From Candidatus Ruminococcus avistercoris (GTDB lineage Bacteria; Bacillota; Clostridia; Lachnospirales; Lachnospiraceae), in assembly GCA_019120315.1 (NCBI GenBank), contig DWVJ01000022.1, positions 1 through 31,868 on the forward strand: a DNA stretch of 31,868 bases, given 5' to 3'. The translations under genes and the position numbers were made by a program. Position 1 is the first letter of the stretch. Each line of letters starts with the position of its first letter. Positions 6,844 to 15,077 of the stretch are shown here, one piece after another. The notes beneath the pieces were generated by a model. The model saw nothing but the letters and a program-made list of their open reading frames with translations. It was not told where the DNA came from and searched no databases.

Positions 6844-9800
6844 GATCTCCTCCAGCAGTTCCTCTGTGCGCTCCATCATGGAGATGGTTTCATTTCGTCT
6901 GCGCCTGGCCGGCCGGAAGAAAAAGCAGACCTCTGGCTCCGTCTTAAAGATCAGTTCTCCCTGATGACGGTTCAGCAGTTCCGGTATTTTGGCCGGATTC
7001 AGCCTGGCTCGTTCATGCATCTGCAGCCGTACCGTATCTCCTTTTTGCTTGACCTCCACCACGTAAGCCTTATGGGCCAGAGCCTTCATCCTGGCGATTT
7101 CCAGCAGATTGAGAACGGACTTCATCGGCTCTCCGAAACGATCCATCAGCTCTTCCAGCATATCTTCATATTCTTCCCTGGATTCGATTCCCGCGATCCG
7201 TTTATAGATATCCAGTTTCTGAACCTCATTGGGGATATACCGGTCGGGAATGAAGGCATCCAGACTCATATCGATAGTCGTCTCGAAACTTTCCTGGCGT
7301 TTTTCGCCTTTTTCCTCCTGCACCGCTTCCTCCAGCATCTTGCAGTACAGATCATAGCCCACCGCTTCCATATGGCCGTGCTGTTCCGCTCCCAGAAGAT
7401 TCCCGGCTCCCCGGATTTCCAGATCACGCATGGCAATCTTAAAGCCGCTGCCCAGATCCGTGAATTCCCGGATGGCATGCAGTCGTTTTTCCGCCACCTC
7501 TTTTAACATTTTATCCCGTTTATACATCAGAAATGCGTAGGCTGTCCGGTTGGAACGGCCCACCCGTCCCCGCAGCTGATAAAGCTGGGAAAGACCCATC
7601 TGATCCGCATCGTGGATAATCATGGTATTGACATTGGAAATATCCAGCCCCGTTTCGATGATGGTGGTGGAAACCAGCACATCGATATCACCGCTGACAA
7701 AGCCGTACATCACCTTCTCCAGTTCCCGCTCGTGCATCTGGCCGTGGGCAAAGGCTACGGATGCCTCCGGCACCAGCTGAGCGATTTTCCCGGCGATATC
7801 CGCGATATTGCTGACCCGGTTATACACATAGTACACCTGACCGCCCCTTGCCAGTTCCCTGCTGATGGCCTCCCTTACCATCTCTTCGCTGTATTCCATC
7901 ACGTACGTCTGGATGGGCATCCGGTCCATGGGCGGCTCTTCCAGCACGCTCATATCCCGGATCCCGATCAGACTCATGTGCAGCGTACGCGGTATGGGAG
8001 TGGCCGTCAGCGTCAGCACATCCACATCCTTTTTCAGCTGCTTGATCTTTTCTTTATGAGTCACGCCAAACCGCTGCTCTTCATCGACGATCAAAAGTCC
8101 CAGATCCTTAAACTGCACATCGGCGGACAGTACCCTGTGGGTACCGATCACGATATCCACCCAGCCTTTTTTCAGATCCTCCACCGTCTTTTTCTGCTGT
8201 GTGGGAGTCCGAAACCGGCAGAGCAGATCCACCCGCACGGGAAATTCTTTCATCCGCTGCACAAAGGTGTTGTAATGCTGCTGAGCCAGTATGGTGGTAG
8301 GCACCAGATACACCACCTGTTTCCCCTCCTGTACCGCTTTAAAAGCAGCCCGCAGCGCAACTTCTGTTTTTCCGTATCCCACATCGCCGCAGATCAGGCG
8401 GTCCATGATCTTATGGCTTTCCATGTCCTGTTTTGTGGCGTCGATGGCCATCAGCTGATCTTCCGTCTCCTCAAAGGGAAACATTTCCTCAAACTCTCTT
8501 TGCCATACGGTGTCTTTGCCGTAAGCATACCCTTCCTTGCCCTGTCTGGCAGCATACAAAGATACCAGCTCCCGGGCAATATTTTTCACCGCCCCCTGTA
8601 CGCGGGTTCTGGTCTTTTTCCACTCCTGTCCGCCCAGCTTGTTCAGTTTCGGTTTTCTGGCATCCGAACCGGCATATTTTTGCAGCACATCCAGCTGCGT
8701 GGCCAGAATATACAGGTTGCTGCCTCCCGCATATTCGATCTTCATATAGTCTTTCATGACCTTGTCGACTTCAACTTTTTCGATTCCCCGGTAAATACCC
8801 AGGCCGTGGTTTTCATGTACCACGTAGTCTCCCACCGACAACTCAGAAAAACTGCTGATCTTCTGTCCGCTGTATCGAGTTTTTTTCTTTTTCTTCTTTT
8901 TCTCGCGGCCGAAAATATCCGTCTCCGTGATCACCACAAATTTAATCAGCGGATAGGAAAAACCCCTGTGAGCATGGCCATAGCTTACCATGATCTCACC
9001 GGCGCCGATCTCCCGGTCTTTCTCCTCGCTGTAATAGCTGCTCAGTCCTTCATCCAGAAGATCCTGCGCCAGCCTTTTTGCCCTTGTCTGCGAACCGGAA
9101 AGAAGGAGAACCTGAAACCCTCCCTTTTTCCAGGCCTGGAGATCCTTTACCAGCAGATCAAAGCTTCCGTTATAGGAACTGACAGACTTTACCTCCATCT
9201 GGTAACGTTCCCCAAACTCCCAGTCGCCTCCCCGCTGCTCCATCAGCGAAAGAGAAACAGCCGGAAAATGCCCTATGGCCGCCGCCACTTCCCGGCGGCT
9301 TTTTTGCAGTCTGGTCTGCTCCGGGAGCACATATCCCTTTTCCAGCCGCCCTGCCATACTCTGGCGGAACTCCTCTTCCACTGCGTCGGCCGTCTCCGCT
9401 ATTCTCCCTGGTTCATCCAGGAAAATCACCGTGTCTTTCGCAGAAAAATAGTCCAGGAAGCAGACGGCATCGTCATAGAAGTAATGAAGATAATTTTCCG
9501 CTCCGGAAAGATCATAAAGTTCCTCCATCTGCTCGCAGAATTCCTTCACATGACCGGACAGCCTGGCCGCTTCCTCTGTCTTAAACTGCTCTCTTAAACG
9601 GCTTTCGCAGGTCTTCGCTTCTTTCTTTATCTTTTTTAAACCTTCCTGTATTCTCCCCTCGTCCAGGATGATCTCTGAAGCGGGATAAAGACGGATTTCC
9701 GTCAGATTTTCAACAGAGCGCTGACTTTCCACATCAAAACTGCGGATAGAATCGATCTCGTCCCCCCACAGTTCAATCCTCCATGGATTTTCTTCGGTCA

Positions 9801-10350
9801 GCGGGAAGATATCGATGATTCCGCCGCGGATGGAAAACTGTCCGGAGGCTTCCACCTGGCTGCATCTTTCATACCCCAGATATACCAGCTGCCGCTTCAG
9901 CTGTTCCACATCCACCGCACTGTCATTCCGCAAGCACAGAACCTGTTTTCGGATTTCCTCCAGCGGGATCAGATAATCCATGCATCCGGCGATGCTGGTA
10001 ATCACCGTCGCTTCTTTTTCTTCCAGAAGAGCCTGAAACACCCGCATCCTTTCCCTGGTCAGCAGATTTCCATGAATATCCGCCTGAAAAAAGATTAAAT
10101 CCCTGGCAGGATACAGCAGAACGTCAGGTTCATAAAAGCGGTAGTCTTCATAAAATTCCTTGGCCTTCAGATCATTCTCCGCTATGATCAGACGGCGGGA
10201 AAAATCCTGTCCCAGCCCGTAAGTCACGTGGGCTTTCTGGGTTTCCATACAGCCGCACAGCTGCAGGATTTTAGCGTCTCTCTTTTTCAGACTGCTTCTT
10301 ACTTCCTGAAATTCTGCCAGCCTCTCCAGGGGATTCTGCAATGCTTTCAT
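6823..10350 (-). CDS. mfd: Transcription-repair coupling factor Mfd
   Basis: 1175 aa with a UvrB-homology N-terminal region, a CarD/RID-like segment (VGDYVVHENHGLGIY), superfamily-2 helicase motifs GDVGYGKTEVA and DEEQRFG, and a TRG-type C-terminal part. Confidence 0.97.
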   Translation of the reverse strand: MKALQNPLERLAEFQEVRSSLKKRDAKILQLCGCMETQKAHVTYGLGQDFSRRLIIAENDLKAKEFYEDYRFYEPDVLLYPARDLIFFQADIHGNLLTRERMRVFQALLEEKEATVITSIAGCMDYLIPLEEIRKQVLCLRNDSAVDVEQLKRQLVYLGYERCSQVEASGQFSIRGGIIDIFPLTEENPWRIELWGDEIDSIRSFDVESQRSVENLTEIRLYPASEIILDEGRIQEGLKKIKKEAKTCESRLREQFKTEEAARLSGHVKEFCEQMEELYDLSGAENYLHYFYDDAVCFLDYFSAKDTVIFLDEPGRIAETADAVEEEFRQSMAGRLEKGYVLPEQTRLQKSRREVAAAIGHFPAVSLSLMEQRGGDWEFGERYQMEVKSVSSYNGSFDLLVKDLQAWKKGGFQVLLLSGSQTRAKRLAQDLLDEGLSSYYSEEKDREIGAGEIMVSYGHAHRGFSYPLIKFVVITETDIFGREKKKKKKKTRYSGQKISSFSELSVGDYVVHENHGLGIYRGIEKVEVDKVMKDYMKIEYAGGSNLYILATQLDVLQKYAGSDARKPKLNKLGGQEWKKTRTRVQGAVKNIARELVSLYAARQGKEGYAYGKDTVWQREFEEMFPFEETEDQLMAIDATKQDMESHKIMDRLICGDVGYGKTEVALRAAFKAVQEGKQVVYLVPTTILAQQHYNTFVQRMKEFPVRVDLLCRFRTPTQQKKTVEDLKKGWVDIVIGTHRVLSADVQFKDLGLLIVDEEQRFGVTHKEKIKQLKKDVDVLTLTATPIPRTLHMSLIGIRDMSVLEEPPMDRMPIQTYVMEYSEEMVREAISRELARGGQVYYVYNRVSNIADIAGKIAQLVPEASVAFAHGQMHERELEKVMYGFVSGDIDVLVSTTIIETGLDISNVNTMIIHDADQMGLSQLYQLRGRVGRSNRTAYAFLMYKRDKMLKEVAEKRLHAIREFTDLGSGFKIAMRDLEIRGAGNLLGAEQHGHMEAVGYDLYCKMLEEAVQEEKGEKRQESFETTIDMSLDAFIPDRYIPNEVQKLDIYKRIAGIESREEYEDMLEELMDRFGEPMKSVLNLLEIARMKALAHKAYVVEVKQKGDTVRLQMHERARLNPAKIPELLNRHQGELIFKTEPEVCFFFRPARRRRNETISMMERTEELLEEILSFTEK

Positions 10351-10932
10351 TTACGATTCCTTTTCCGTTTTTCTATTATATTCATTCATTGCGGTGTCAA
10401 TATCACCTTCCAGTATCATTTCCACCGCCGCAGCGGCCTTTTGTATGGACTCGTCCACCAGTTTCCTGTCTTTTTCCGGAAAACGGCTTAACACGTAATC
10501 CGCCAGATCCCAGCCCTTTGGCTTTTCTCCCACGCCGATTTTTATCCTCTTAAACTCTGTGGTTCCAAGCTGGGATATGATATTTTTGATTCCGTTGTGT
10601 CCTCCGGCACTGCCTTTTTTTCGAATCCGCAGCTGCCCCGGTTCCAGACTGATGTCATCGTAAATCACCAGCAATTCCTCCCGGGGATCCGTTTTGTAAT
10701 AATCCACCAGTTCCCGCACCGATTCCCCGCTCAGATTCATATAGGTCACCGGCTTGGCCACAATGACTTTATGGCCGGCGATCATACCCTTTCCATACAT
10801 AGCTTTATGCTTTACGCCGGAATATGGGATCTGATACCGGTCGATCAGATAATCGACGGCGTCAAACCCCACATTATGGCGGGTATGCTCATACTGTCTG
10901 TCAGGATTTCCTAAACCAACTATTATATACAT
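10351..10932 (-). CDS. pth: Peptidyl-tRNA hydrolase
   Basis: MYIIVGLGNPDRQYEHTRHNVGF...GHNGIKNI. The stop directly abuts the mfd start, giving the conserved pth-mfd order. Confidence 0.96.
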   Translation of the reverse strand: MYIIVGLGNPDRQYEHTRHNVGFDAVDYLIDRYQIPYSGVKHKAMYGKGMIAGHKVIVAKPVTYMNLSGESVRELVDYYKTDPREELLVIYDDISLEPGQLRIRKKGSAGGHNGIKNIISQLGTTEFKRIKIGVGEKPKGWDLADYVLSRFPEKDRKLVDESIQKAAAAVEMILEGDIDTAMNEYNRKTEKES

Positions 10933-10947
10933 ACCTGTTCTCCGTTT

Positions 10948-11907
10948 TCAGTTAAAGTATACCATTTCATCCGCCGGCGCTTCGCAGGCCTTAATCTCTT
11001 TTGCGTACAGTACCGGCCCCTCGTCATGATAGACGTCAAGGTATTCCCGGTGAATCTCGGCGGTCACTTCCACCCAGCTGCCCATCTCAAGCCGGGGCGC
11101 CTCTTTGCTCTTACATACGTATCCGAGGAACTGTGTGTCATCAGCGCAGCAGGTCATGGCCATGCGCCCGGGCACAAAAAAATCGGCCGACAGATCCTCG
11201 CTTTTGAGCACCCTCCCCTTGTAACGGACGGTCTTTCCTTCATAATCCTCCGGATTATCCATCATATCCACATACCAGATACCGTAATCCTCCTCCATGA
11301 TATCCACGATATCATCCTCCAGATTATACGGCAGACTGTCCTCAAAGATATCTTCCACTTCATGATTTTCATTTTCAAAGATGATCTCTGCCGCCGGATT
11401 GACCACCTTCACGCTCCTGCGAAAGGATGCCAGCGGAAGCTCTTTCCTGCAGCGGTTGAAAATTACCATATCAGCCTTGCGAACCATCTCCACAAAAAGG
11501 GATTTCAGATTGTTCATATAAACCTGGAAACAGCTGGCATCCACGGTTACGATATGCTGGACGATCGTCCAGTCTGCCGGCAGCTGCATGTTCAGAAATT
11601 TCTCCACCGACCAAAGAGGATTGAATTCCACTAAAATCCGCTCCGGGTGATGTTTTCTGTCCAGATATTCCAGAGATTCCGTTGTGAAATCCTCCGGCTC
11701 CTCGATCACCTCCACCACGGTACGATACCGTTTTTTCAGTTCCTTTTCATCATACTCCTCTTCCCCTTCCTCACAGAGAATCAGAAGCGTCGTCTCCGGT
11801 ATCTGAAAATAATTCTGACGAATGGTCCCGTCCAGAAAGGTGGTCTTGCCGCTCTCCAGAAACCCGGTAATCAGATATACCGGTTTTTCAAAATCTTCCC
11901 GCGCCAT
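10948..11907 (-). CDS. Degenerate COG0523-like P-loop protein fused to a CC-motif (DUF1980/TIGR03943 C-terminal-like) domain
   Basis: Walker A GFLESGKTT is present, but there is no CxCC motif. The C-terminal 100 aa read KTVRYKGRVL...FFVPGRMAMTCCADDTQFLGYVC...GSWVEVTAEI...GPVLYAKEI...MVYF. RBS is TGGAGTAG. Confidence 0.6.
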   Translation of the reverse strand: MAREDFEKPVYLITGFLESGKTTFLDGTIRQNYFQIPETTLLILCEEGEEEYDEKELKKRYRTVVEVIEEPEDFTTESLEYLDRKHHPERILVEFNPLWSVEKFLNMQLPADWTIVQHIVTVDASCFQVYMNNLKSLFVEMVRKADMVIFNRCRKELPLASFRRSVKVVNPAAEIIFENENHEVEDIFEDSLPYNLEDDIVDIMEEDYGIWYVDMMDNPEDYEGKTVRYKGRVLKSEDLSADFFVPGRMAMTCCADDTQFLGYVCKSKEAPRLEMGSWVEVTAEIHREYLDVYHDEGPVLYAKEIKACEAPADEMVYFN

Positions 11908-11922
11908 TTTCTACTCCAATCT

Positions 11923-12963
11923 CTATACCAACTCAAAAAGTTCTTCCAGTTTGTCTTCCTGCAACTTCGAACCGATCACACAGATCCTTCCGGTAAATTC
12001 CGGACTGCCTTCCCGGATTTCATACTCTTCCGGCACCATATCAAAGTAATGCCAGGTTCCCTCCGGATCCGGCAGCATGCCCTTAGCGCGCAGTACAACG
12101 CCAAAATCCTCCCCTTCGCTCAAAGACCGGATGATCTGCTCCAGTTTTTCACGGCTGTAGGTTCTGGCAGTCTCATGGCCCCAGCTGGTAAACACTTCGT
12201 CTGCATGGTGATGATGGTGGTGATGGTCATGATCATGGCAGCCGCAGCTGCATTCTTCCCCGTGTTCATGGTGGTGATGATGCTCATGATCGTGATGATG
12301 GTCATGATCGTGATCATGCTCATGGTGATGGTGATGTTCCTCTTCCATCTCATGCTCCAGATTCAGCACGTCGTTTTCCATGACTTCCAGTATCTTTTTC
12401 CCTCCAAGCTTTGCCGCCGGTGTGGTCACGATATGAGCCTGATCATTCAATCCGCGCAAGGACTCCACCGCTTTATTCACCTTATCCTCCGACGCAACGT
12501 CCGTTCTGCTGAGAATGATGGTGCTGGCATACTTTATCTGATTCTCATAGAATTCTCCGAAATTTCTCAGATACATCTTGCATTTATTCACATCAGCCAC
12601 TGTGATATGACTGTTCAGAAGCAGGTCGCATTCTTCCTTTACCCCTTCCACAGCCTTCATCACATCGGAAAGCATACCGACGCCGGAGGGCTCGATGATG
12701 ATACGATCCGGATGGTAGGTGTCAATCACTTCCTTTAAGGATTTCCCGAAATCTCCCACCAGAGAACAGCATATACAGCCAGAATTCATCTCACGGATTT
12801 CGATTCCCGCGTCCTTGAGAAACCCTCCGTCAATTCCAATCTCGCCAAATTCATTTTCAATCAGAACCACCTGCTCATCCTGCAGCGCATCTTTTAACAG
12901 CAACTTAATCAATGTTGTTTTCCCGGCTCCCAGAAAACCGGATATAATGTCTACTTTTGTCAT
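11923..12963 (-). CDS. COG0523 (CobW/ZigA/YeiR-type) metallochaperone GTPase with His-rich insert
   Basis: GFLGAGKTT (Walker A), GCICCS (CxCC), IIIEPSG, a LSRTD-type G4 motif and a CobW_C-like end. Start moved to ATG 12963 with AAAGGAGG upstream. Confidence 0.88.
   Translation of the reverse strand: MTKVDIISGFLGAGKTTLIKLLLKDALQDEQVVLIENEFGEIGIDGGFLKDAGIEIREMNSGCICCSLVGDFGKSLKEVIDTYHPDRIIIEPSGVGMLSDVMKAVEGVKEECDLLLNSHITVADVNKCKMYLRNFGEFYENQIKYASTIILSRTDVASEDKVNKAVESLRGLNDQAHIVTTPAAKLGGKKILEVMENDVLNLEHEMEEEHHHHHEHDHDHDHHHDHEHHHHHEHGEECSCGCHDHDHHHHHHHADEVFTSWGHETARTYSREKLEQIIRSLSEGEDFGVVLRAKGMLPDPEGTWHYFDMVPEEYEIREGSPEFTGRICVIGSKLQEDKLEELFELV
12205..12336 (-). repeat. His-rich low-complexity coding tract
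   Basis: Residues 210-253 of the 346-aa protein contain 27 His plus a CSCGC motif. They are encoded by imperfect CAT/CAC-GAT trinucleotide repeats. Confidence 0.9.
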
Positions 12964-13039
12964 CAGAAAGGCCTCCTTTTTTTCCTGTCTAATGCCCGCT
13001 CGTGCAATCATGGCGGTCGCCTTCCGGGCGTATCACGCA

Positions 13040-13067
13040 AAATAAGAGGCTGTTATAAACAGCCCCC
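13040..13067 (-). terminator. Weak/bidirectional stem-loop after the small HPr-like gene
   Basis: GGCTGTT (13048-13054) pairs with AACAGCC (13058-13064) around a 3-nt loop. The minus-strand tail is TCTTATTTTG; the plus-strand tail is CCCTTTTTTC. Confidence 0.45.
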
Positions 13068-13090
13068 TTTTTTCTTCGTTTCTGAAATTA

Positions 13091-13324
13091 TTAACCGTTA
13101 ATCATGAAGTTAAACAGTTTATCAATGTCTTCTTTCTCAGAAGCGACAATTTCCAGCTCCGGGATCTCTCCGCCGGAAAAGATGTTGGCCAGAGATACAT
13201 ACTGGCACAGTTTGGATTTCAGGTTCAGTCTGTCGCCTTCGCCTGTTACCAGTTCTACTTTTCCCTTGCAGCTGTCAACTACTTCGAAGAATTTGTCGAC
13301 ATTATTAATATTCTTAATTTTCAT
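13091..13324 (-). CDS. Small (77 aa) HPr/Crh-like protein lacking the His15 region (tentative)
   Basis: MKIKNINNVDKFFEVVDSCKGKVELVTGEGDRLNLKSKLCQYVSLANIF..ELEIVASEKEDIDKLFNFM aligns by eye with HPr (...[23 protein letters not shown]...EITISASGADENDALNALEETM). Start set at ATG 13324 with AAAGGGG upstream. Confidence 0.45.
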   Translation of the reverse strand: MKIKNINNVDKFFEVVDSCKGKVELVTGEGDRLNLKSKLCQYVSLANIFSGGEIPELEIVASEKEDIDKLFNFMING

Positions 13325-13372
13325 CGTAATACCCCTTTCTATGCCCTTCATCAATATTTATTTCATGGTTTC

Positions 13373-13401
13373 ATTATATAACACAAGGCTGGGAATTGCA
13401 A
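13373..13401 (-). promoter_or_regulatory. Near-consensus sigma-A promoter for the small HPr-like gene
   Basis: Minus strand reads TTGCAA (13396-13401), a 17-nt spacer, then TATAAT (13373-13378). Confidence 0.65.
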
Positions 13402-13465
13402 AGGATTTTTCAGAAAATAAATACCGTAATTCCCCCTGAATTTCGTGAATAGTGACGAAGGATTT

Positions 13466-14167
13466 TCACAGATTTCCGGCATATAGAACAAAAGAATCTT
13501 CCCGGGCATTGCCGCAGAGAATCAGCCCGCTTTTCTTCGCCTCCTGCACCGCTTCCCAGGTAGGGTAAGACCTTCCGATCAGAAGAGGGATTCCAACCTG
13601 TTTCATCTTGCGGACCACATCCGCCGGAACCCTCCCGGAAAACATCAGACAGCTTTGTTCAAAAACAATCCTCTCTTTCAAACCCAGGCCGATCACTTTC
13701 TCCACCGCCGACCTGCGGCTGACATCATCCGCCTCCAGAAAGCGGCTGTCCTGGCCGGCCGTAAACAGCATGGCCTTATGGCTGGCATGGGTCTTCCGAT
13801 GACGAAAAGACCGTTCAAAAAACAGACTGATATATTGTCTGACTTCCTCCGGTTTAAAAATGGCCGGCTGACGCGCTCTTTCTTTTTCCGGCCTGTTTCG
13901 CCGGCAGATGACTTCCGCCTGGACACGGCCGATTTCCATCCCTGTCACCTCGTCCAAAGACTCTATTTTCCCTTCTGACAAAAGGTATCCCAGGATCAGC
14001 TCTTCTATCCGTTCCGGCGTACAGGAAAAGGAAGTTTCCTCTCTGCCATTTACATACAATACCAGCTGCCGTTCCCGCAGCAGCGGCTGTACGACGTTTT
14101 CCCTGGCTTCTCCCCGAATCAGGACAGCCCGGCTCTCTTCCATGTAAATCTTATCGTTATCATTCAT
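13466..14167 (-). CDS. FdhD-family protein lacking the conserved cysteine loop
   Basis: LVLYVNGREETSFSCTPERIEELILGYLLSEGKIES, ADDVSRRSAVEKVIG and MFSGRVPADVVRKMKQVGIPLLIGRSYPTWEAVQEAKKSGLILCGNAR align with E. coli FdhD blocks. No CxxC motif is present anywhere. The start is ambiguous: TTG 14194, ATG 14167 or ATG 14143. ATG 14167 was chosen because it has GGAAG upstream and sits 1 nt after the lysR stop. Confidence 0.7.
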   Translation of the reverse strand: MNDNDKIYMEESRAVLIRGEARENVVQPLLRERQLVLYVNGREETSFSCTPERIEELILGYLLSEGKIESLDEVTGMEIGRVQAEVICRRNRPEKERARQPAIFKPEEVRQYISLFFERSFRHRKTHASHKAMLFTAGQDSRFLEADDVSRRSAVEKVIGLGLKERIVFEQSCLMFSGRVPADVVRKMKQVGIPLLIGRSYPTWEAVQEAKKSGLILCGNAREDSFVLYAGNL

Positions 14168-14168
14168 G

Positions 14169-15065
14169 CTATTCTTCCGTTTTCTTTTCTTCAAAGCAGT
14201 CTTCCCGGTAATGACTGAGGATGTGCTGGTACATGGACCGGACCGCCGGCGCCATGAATCCCGGATTCAGAGCGGAGATACCGATGATCCGGCTGGCTTC
14301 CGGACGGATTCGGTAACAGTCCACTTCATAGGGGATATCCCGCATAACCAGCTCCGGCATCAGACAGATCCCAAATCCTTTAGCCACCAGCGCCACCGTG
14401 GACAGGTCATCCACCACGTGGTAATTGGACTGAATCTGCAGATGGTTTTCTTTGAGGAATTTCTGGATATCCGCATCCGTACTTTCTCTTTGCGTCACGA
14501 ACTGATAGTTTCTCATCTCCTCGATATCCATGTAGTTCCCGGCTTTTTTCAGGCCTCTTGGCAGTACGCACAGCAGCGGATCCCGGTACAGCGGTTCGAT
14601 GGGAAGATCGCCGGCGCTGGATACAGAGAGAAATCCCAGATCTACCACGCTGTTTTTGATCCAGTAATATACCTCATCATATGTGCCCTGGAACACCTCT
14701 ATGGTAATGCCTTCATATTTTCTTCGAAAAGACTGCAGGATCTCCGGCAGCCAGCTGGTACAGATGCTGGAAAACACACCGATCTTTACCTTCCCCTGTT
14801 TTAATCCATTCAGCTCTGCAATCACCTGCTGCAGACTCTCGTCACTGTTGAGCACCGCATTCACATAGGGCAGCAGCTGTTCTCCTGCGTTTGTCATGGT
14901 GATGCCGGATTTACTCCTGGTCAACACGGAAAAACCCAACTCTTTTTCCATGGAAGAAATGGCATGGCTGATGGCGGAAGGCGTCAGTCCCAGAATATCC
15001 GCGGCTTTATGGAAGCTTCCCATATCCACCACAGTTTTAAACACCTGATACGTAAGCAGCGTCAT
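14169..15065 (-). CDS. LysR-family transcriptional regulator
   Basis: N-terminal wHTH FHKAADILGLTPSAISHAISSMEKELGFSVLTR plus a substrate-binding domain of typical length. RBS AAAGGAGAAG. It starts 12 nt after the oxidoreductase beta-subunit stop. Confidence 0.92.
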   Translation of the reverse strand: MTLLTYQVFKTVVDMGSFHKAADILGLTPSAISHAISSMEKELGFSVLTRSKSGITMTNAGEQLLPYVNAVLNSDESLQQVIAELNGLKQGKVKIGVFSSICTSWLPEILQSFRRKYEGITIEVFQGTYDEVYYWIKNSVVDLGFLSVSSAGDLPIEPLYRDPLLCVLPRGLKKAGNYMDIEEMRNYQFVTQRESTDADIQKFLKENHLQIQSNYHVVDDLSTVALVAKGFGICLMPELVMRDIPYEVDCYRIRPEASRIIGISALNPGFMAPAVRSMYQHILSHYREDCFEEKKTEE

Positions 15066-15077
15066 GATCTTCTCCTT

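Noticed and set aside
8880-8904. A/G-rich run encoding KKKKKKK in mfd, as a possible frameshift or pseudogene site
   Set aside because: The reading frame is intact through the run, and a basic linker at this position is normal for Mfd.
7612-9597. 661-aa plus-strand ORF antisense to mfd
   Set aside because: It lies entirely inside a well-supported gene on the other strand. The composition is low-complexity His/Leu/Phe/Arg-rich, with no RBS and no recognisable motif. This is a typical stop-poor antisense frame.
11647-12738. 363-aa plus-strand ORF antisense to the two COG0523 genes, including a Met/Val/Ile run
   Set aside because: The M/V/I run is simply the reverse complement of the His tract. 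There are no translation signals. The out-of-frame minus ORF at 12120-12353 is rejected for the same reason.
12964-13090. Search for a Zur/Fur-type AT-rich palindrome upstream of the COG0523 genes
   Set aside because: None is evident. The only element is a short TTAAC-C-GTTAA dyad overlapping the stop codon of the upstream gene (13091-13101), so zinc regulation cannot be claimed from the sequence.
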